From the IMG/VR virus record IMGVR_UViG_3300011871_000042: 20,000 bases of DNA, one strand, 5' to 3'. The stretch is from an uncultured virus (IMG/VR IMGVR_UViG_3300011871_000042) (lineage: Duplodnaviria > Heunggongvirae > Uroviricota > Caudoviricetes). Below, in pieces: positions 17,970-20,000 of this stretch. A program made the translations under genes and the position numbers. Each line of letters opens with the position of its first letter. Position 1 is the stretch's first letter. A model generated the notes under the pieces. It worked only from the letters and a program-made list of their open reading frames with translations. It searched no databases and was not told where the DNA came from.

Positions 17970-19517
17970 TTATTTCATTTTCATGGTATCTCTAACAGCT
18001 TCATTAACGGTTATTGCTTGTTGATTAATAAGTCTTTTCAGTTTATCAGATAATGACATTTTACCAGTAGATTGTTTAGGTGTATTTTTTTCTATTTCTA
18101 ATTGTCTTTCAGGTAATGGAAAAGATTCCGATTTTTCTTTTTTACTTTCGTATAAACCTTGTTTATTCAGTTCTTCAATAATATCTTTATTATCATAGAC
18201 TATTTTTTCTTCTCCTACTTTTTCTTTTGCTGCATTTAATTGTTTTTCTATTTTATCTAGAATCTGTTTTTGGCGTTCATATCTAGCGGTTTGTTTTGCA
18301 GATAGCTTTTTACCACTTGCTTTTTGCTCTTCATAAGTATCAACAGCTAAATGGGTAGTCTTAAATACTTTTTCCATTTCTCTAATTTTATATGTTTCTG
18401 GAATAGCAGATTTTAATGCCGCTAAGTTATTAGTTTGATTATATGTATCAAAAGTTCCAGCAGTTAAATATTCTTTACCTTGTTTCCCTGCTGTTAAAAA
18501 TGTTATAGCATTAATCAACCTTTGATTTTTATAATATACACCATCTTTATCTGTATGGCCTGTAGTAAAACTTTCAATAGCTGCTAAATAATCTCCGCGC
18601 TTATAGTTTTTTGTAAAATCTTTACCTAAAACGCGACCGCCATTATTATATGAAGCATATGCTGCACCTGCCATTTCTTCTACTGTCATATTATAAGCTG
18701 TAGTATACTTAGTCCCCACTTTTTTGCTAATTTCAGGATCGGAATAGTCAGACATTTTAAATCCCGGAACATCTACCGTAACAAGCGTAGTAGCATCATC
18801 TAATCCCCATAACTTTGGTCCAGCCCAAGTTTTAGCAATCTTAATATAGTCATCTTGTATTAAAGAGAATAGTGCTAATGATTTTTTAAAGTCTGTTTTG
18901 ATAGTTTTTGATTTACCCATAGCGTAGTTCATTACATCATCTACAGGATATCCAGCTTTGACAATAGTTTTATACATTTCAAGCTCAGAGCCAAAAGATT
19001 TTTTTTGTTGAACTAAATCGAAACCAGCCCCTAACGTAGGATTACCATTAACTTTAACTAAATCATGAGAGTCTTCAACAATAATCCCTATTCCCATCAT
19101 GTTATATCTTATTTTATCTTCTTTTGATAATGCTTTTTCAGATGCAGCAAAAAGCTGTTTAGCAACAGTAAATCTATTAGCATTCTCTTCGTCTATTTGA
19201 ATAGGTACACCACTTTGATCTACTTTTACTTTATTAAGTTCCGCTCTCATATTAGCAAAATACGTTGCTTTATTTTGTTTAAGCGTTTTATTTTTACTAA
19301 CATGTTTTTTTACTTGAGTTTGGTTTGTAGCTTTGTTATGATGTCCCGTATCAGCAAGAGATGGAAGGGTTGTCATAGCAAAAGCAGTTGTTAATAATAA
19401 TCCAACAACTTTACTTAAAGCTCTATTTTTAGCAGGTTTATCTCCTATAACATACGTTGTAGCATTTTCAGAAGATAGGCTATTTGCTACATCATTAANN
19501 NNNNNNNNTAATATCAT
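17970..19517 (-). CDS. Putative exported lysozyme-fold (GH24/pesticin-like) protein; start uncertain because of an N-gap
   Basis: Signal-like segment KVVGLLLTTAFAMTTLPSLA; VED...NGNPTLGAGFDL (compare E...GxxTIGxGxdL) and AYASYNNG...F...YKRGDYLAAI (compare xxFNxG...F......gd...A); long charged C-terminal extension. Confidence 0.55.
   Translation of the reverse strand: MILXXXXNDVANSLSSENATTYVIGDKPAKNRALSKVVGLLLTTAFAMTTLPSLADTGHHNKATNQTQVKKHVSKNKTLKQNKATYFANMRAELNKVKVDQSGVPIQIDEENANRFTVAKQLFAASEKALSKEDKIRYNMMGIGIIVEDSHDLVKVNGNPTLGAGFDLVQQKKSFGSELEMYKTIVKAGYPVDDVMNYAMGKSKTIKTDFKKSLALFSLIQDDYIKIAKTWAGPKLWGLDDATTLVTVDVPGFKMSDYSDPEISKKVGTKYTTAYNMTVEEMAGAAYASYNNGGRVLGKDFTKNYKRGDYLAAIESFTTGHTDKDGVYYKNQRLINAITFLTAGKQGKEYLTAGTFDTYNQTNNLAALKSAIPETYKIREMEKVFKTTHLAVDTYEEQKASGKKLSAKQTARYERQKQILDKIEKQLNAAKEKVGEEKIVYDNKDIIEELNKQGLYESKKEKSESFPLPERQLEIEKNTPKQSTGKMSLSDKLKRLINQQAITVNEAVRDTMKMK
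19499..19508. other. Assembly gap (10 N)
   Basis: N run near the 5' end of the minus-strand gene 17970..19517. Confidence 0.95.
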
Positions 19518-19538
19518 TTTACTATACCTTATAAAGTG

Positions 19539-19904
19539 TTAAGACATGCCCATTTTATTACTACGCTTTGGTTGATTATTAATATTGTTAACTTGATAAG
19601 CATATTCAATAGGGTTCCCATTTTTAAATCTATTTAATCCTGCAACAATGATTTGATCATATTGTTGAAGAGTGTTATATATTTCTTTATTAAAAGACAA
19701 AGGTTCTGTTATAAGTGAAATATTAGAATCATCACTTTTGACTTTAATAGAAAGACTATTTTCATTATAAGTCACATCCAATGGCTCCCATGTTAATGAT
19801 GAGCCAAAATCATTGATATCAAAAGATAAAATGATTATGGGATTATTCTCACTATTTTTTGTTTCTGTAATTTCATAATTTTTTAAAATATGTTCTTGAT
19901 TCAT
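19539..19904 (-). CDS. Hypothetical protein
   Basis: 121-aa ORF with an AGGA RBS; ends QPKRSNKMGMS. Confidence 0.7.
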   Translation of the reverse strand: MNQEHILKNYEITETKNSENNPIIILSFDINDFGSSLTWEPLDVTYNENSLSIKVKSDDSNISLITEPLSFNKEIYNTLQQYDQIIVAGLNRFKNGNPIEYAYQVNNINNQPKRSNKMGMS

Positions 19905-19935
19905 AATAATATCCTAAATATTTTTTTAAGAAATA

Positions 19936-19964
19936 TTGTCGAAAGCTATATTATATTGCATAAT
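19936..19964 (+). promoter_or_regulatory. Possible sigma70 promoter for a gene beyond the window
   Basis: TTGTCG (19936-19941), 17 nt, CATAAT (19959-19964). Confidence 0.35.
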
Positions 19965-20000
19965 ATAGTTATACTTAATTTAATTTAATACATTTAATTG

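Noticed and set aside
15162..19394. Antisense ORFs 15162..15425, 16509..16841, 17742..17954 and 19197..19394
   Set aside because: Shadow frames of the ankyrin, RNase R and lysozyme-like genes.

Overview
A strongly AT-rich, gene-dense 20 kb scaffold segment with two 10-N gaps. It carries 21 CDSs read in standard code 11; 19 end in TAA and 2 in TAG. Recognisable genes are an orphan membrane-anchored receiver protein, a Pth2-like peptidyl-tRNA hydrolase, NrtR, ClpS, a dGTPase, an LPD1-like protein, a NadD-like adenylyltransferase, LigA, an ankyrin protein, an RNase R/II-family exonuclease and a probable secreted lysozyme-fold protein. These sit outside their usual operon contexts among orphan ORFs, with sigma70-type promoters and mostly bidirectional intrinsic terminators. 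That layout suggests a large extrachromosomal element (megaplasmid or jumbo phage) or an unusual bacterium, but no replication or virion hallmark gene is present. The main candidate new system is an unannotated leader at 3868-3969 (M-K-H-amber-T-L-N-V-R-A-P-P-P...). Its RAPP arrest-like motif lies just past an in-frame TAG and overlaps a hairpin that sequesters the Shine-Dalgarno of a two-gene operon (hypothetical + Pth2-like hydrolase). I infer a stop-codon-readthrough-sensing translational attenuator. Also notable are a dispersed NrtR regulon with two near-identical operators and a recurring basic C-terminal tail on many unrelated proteins.
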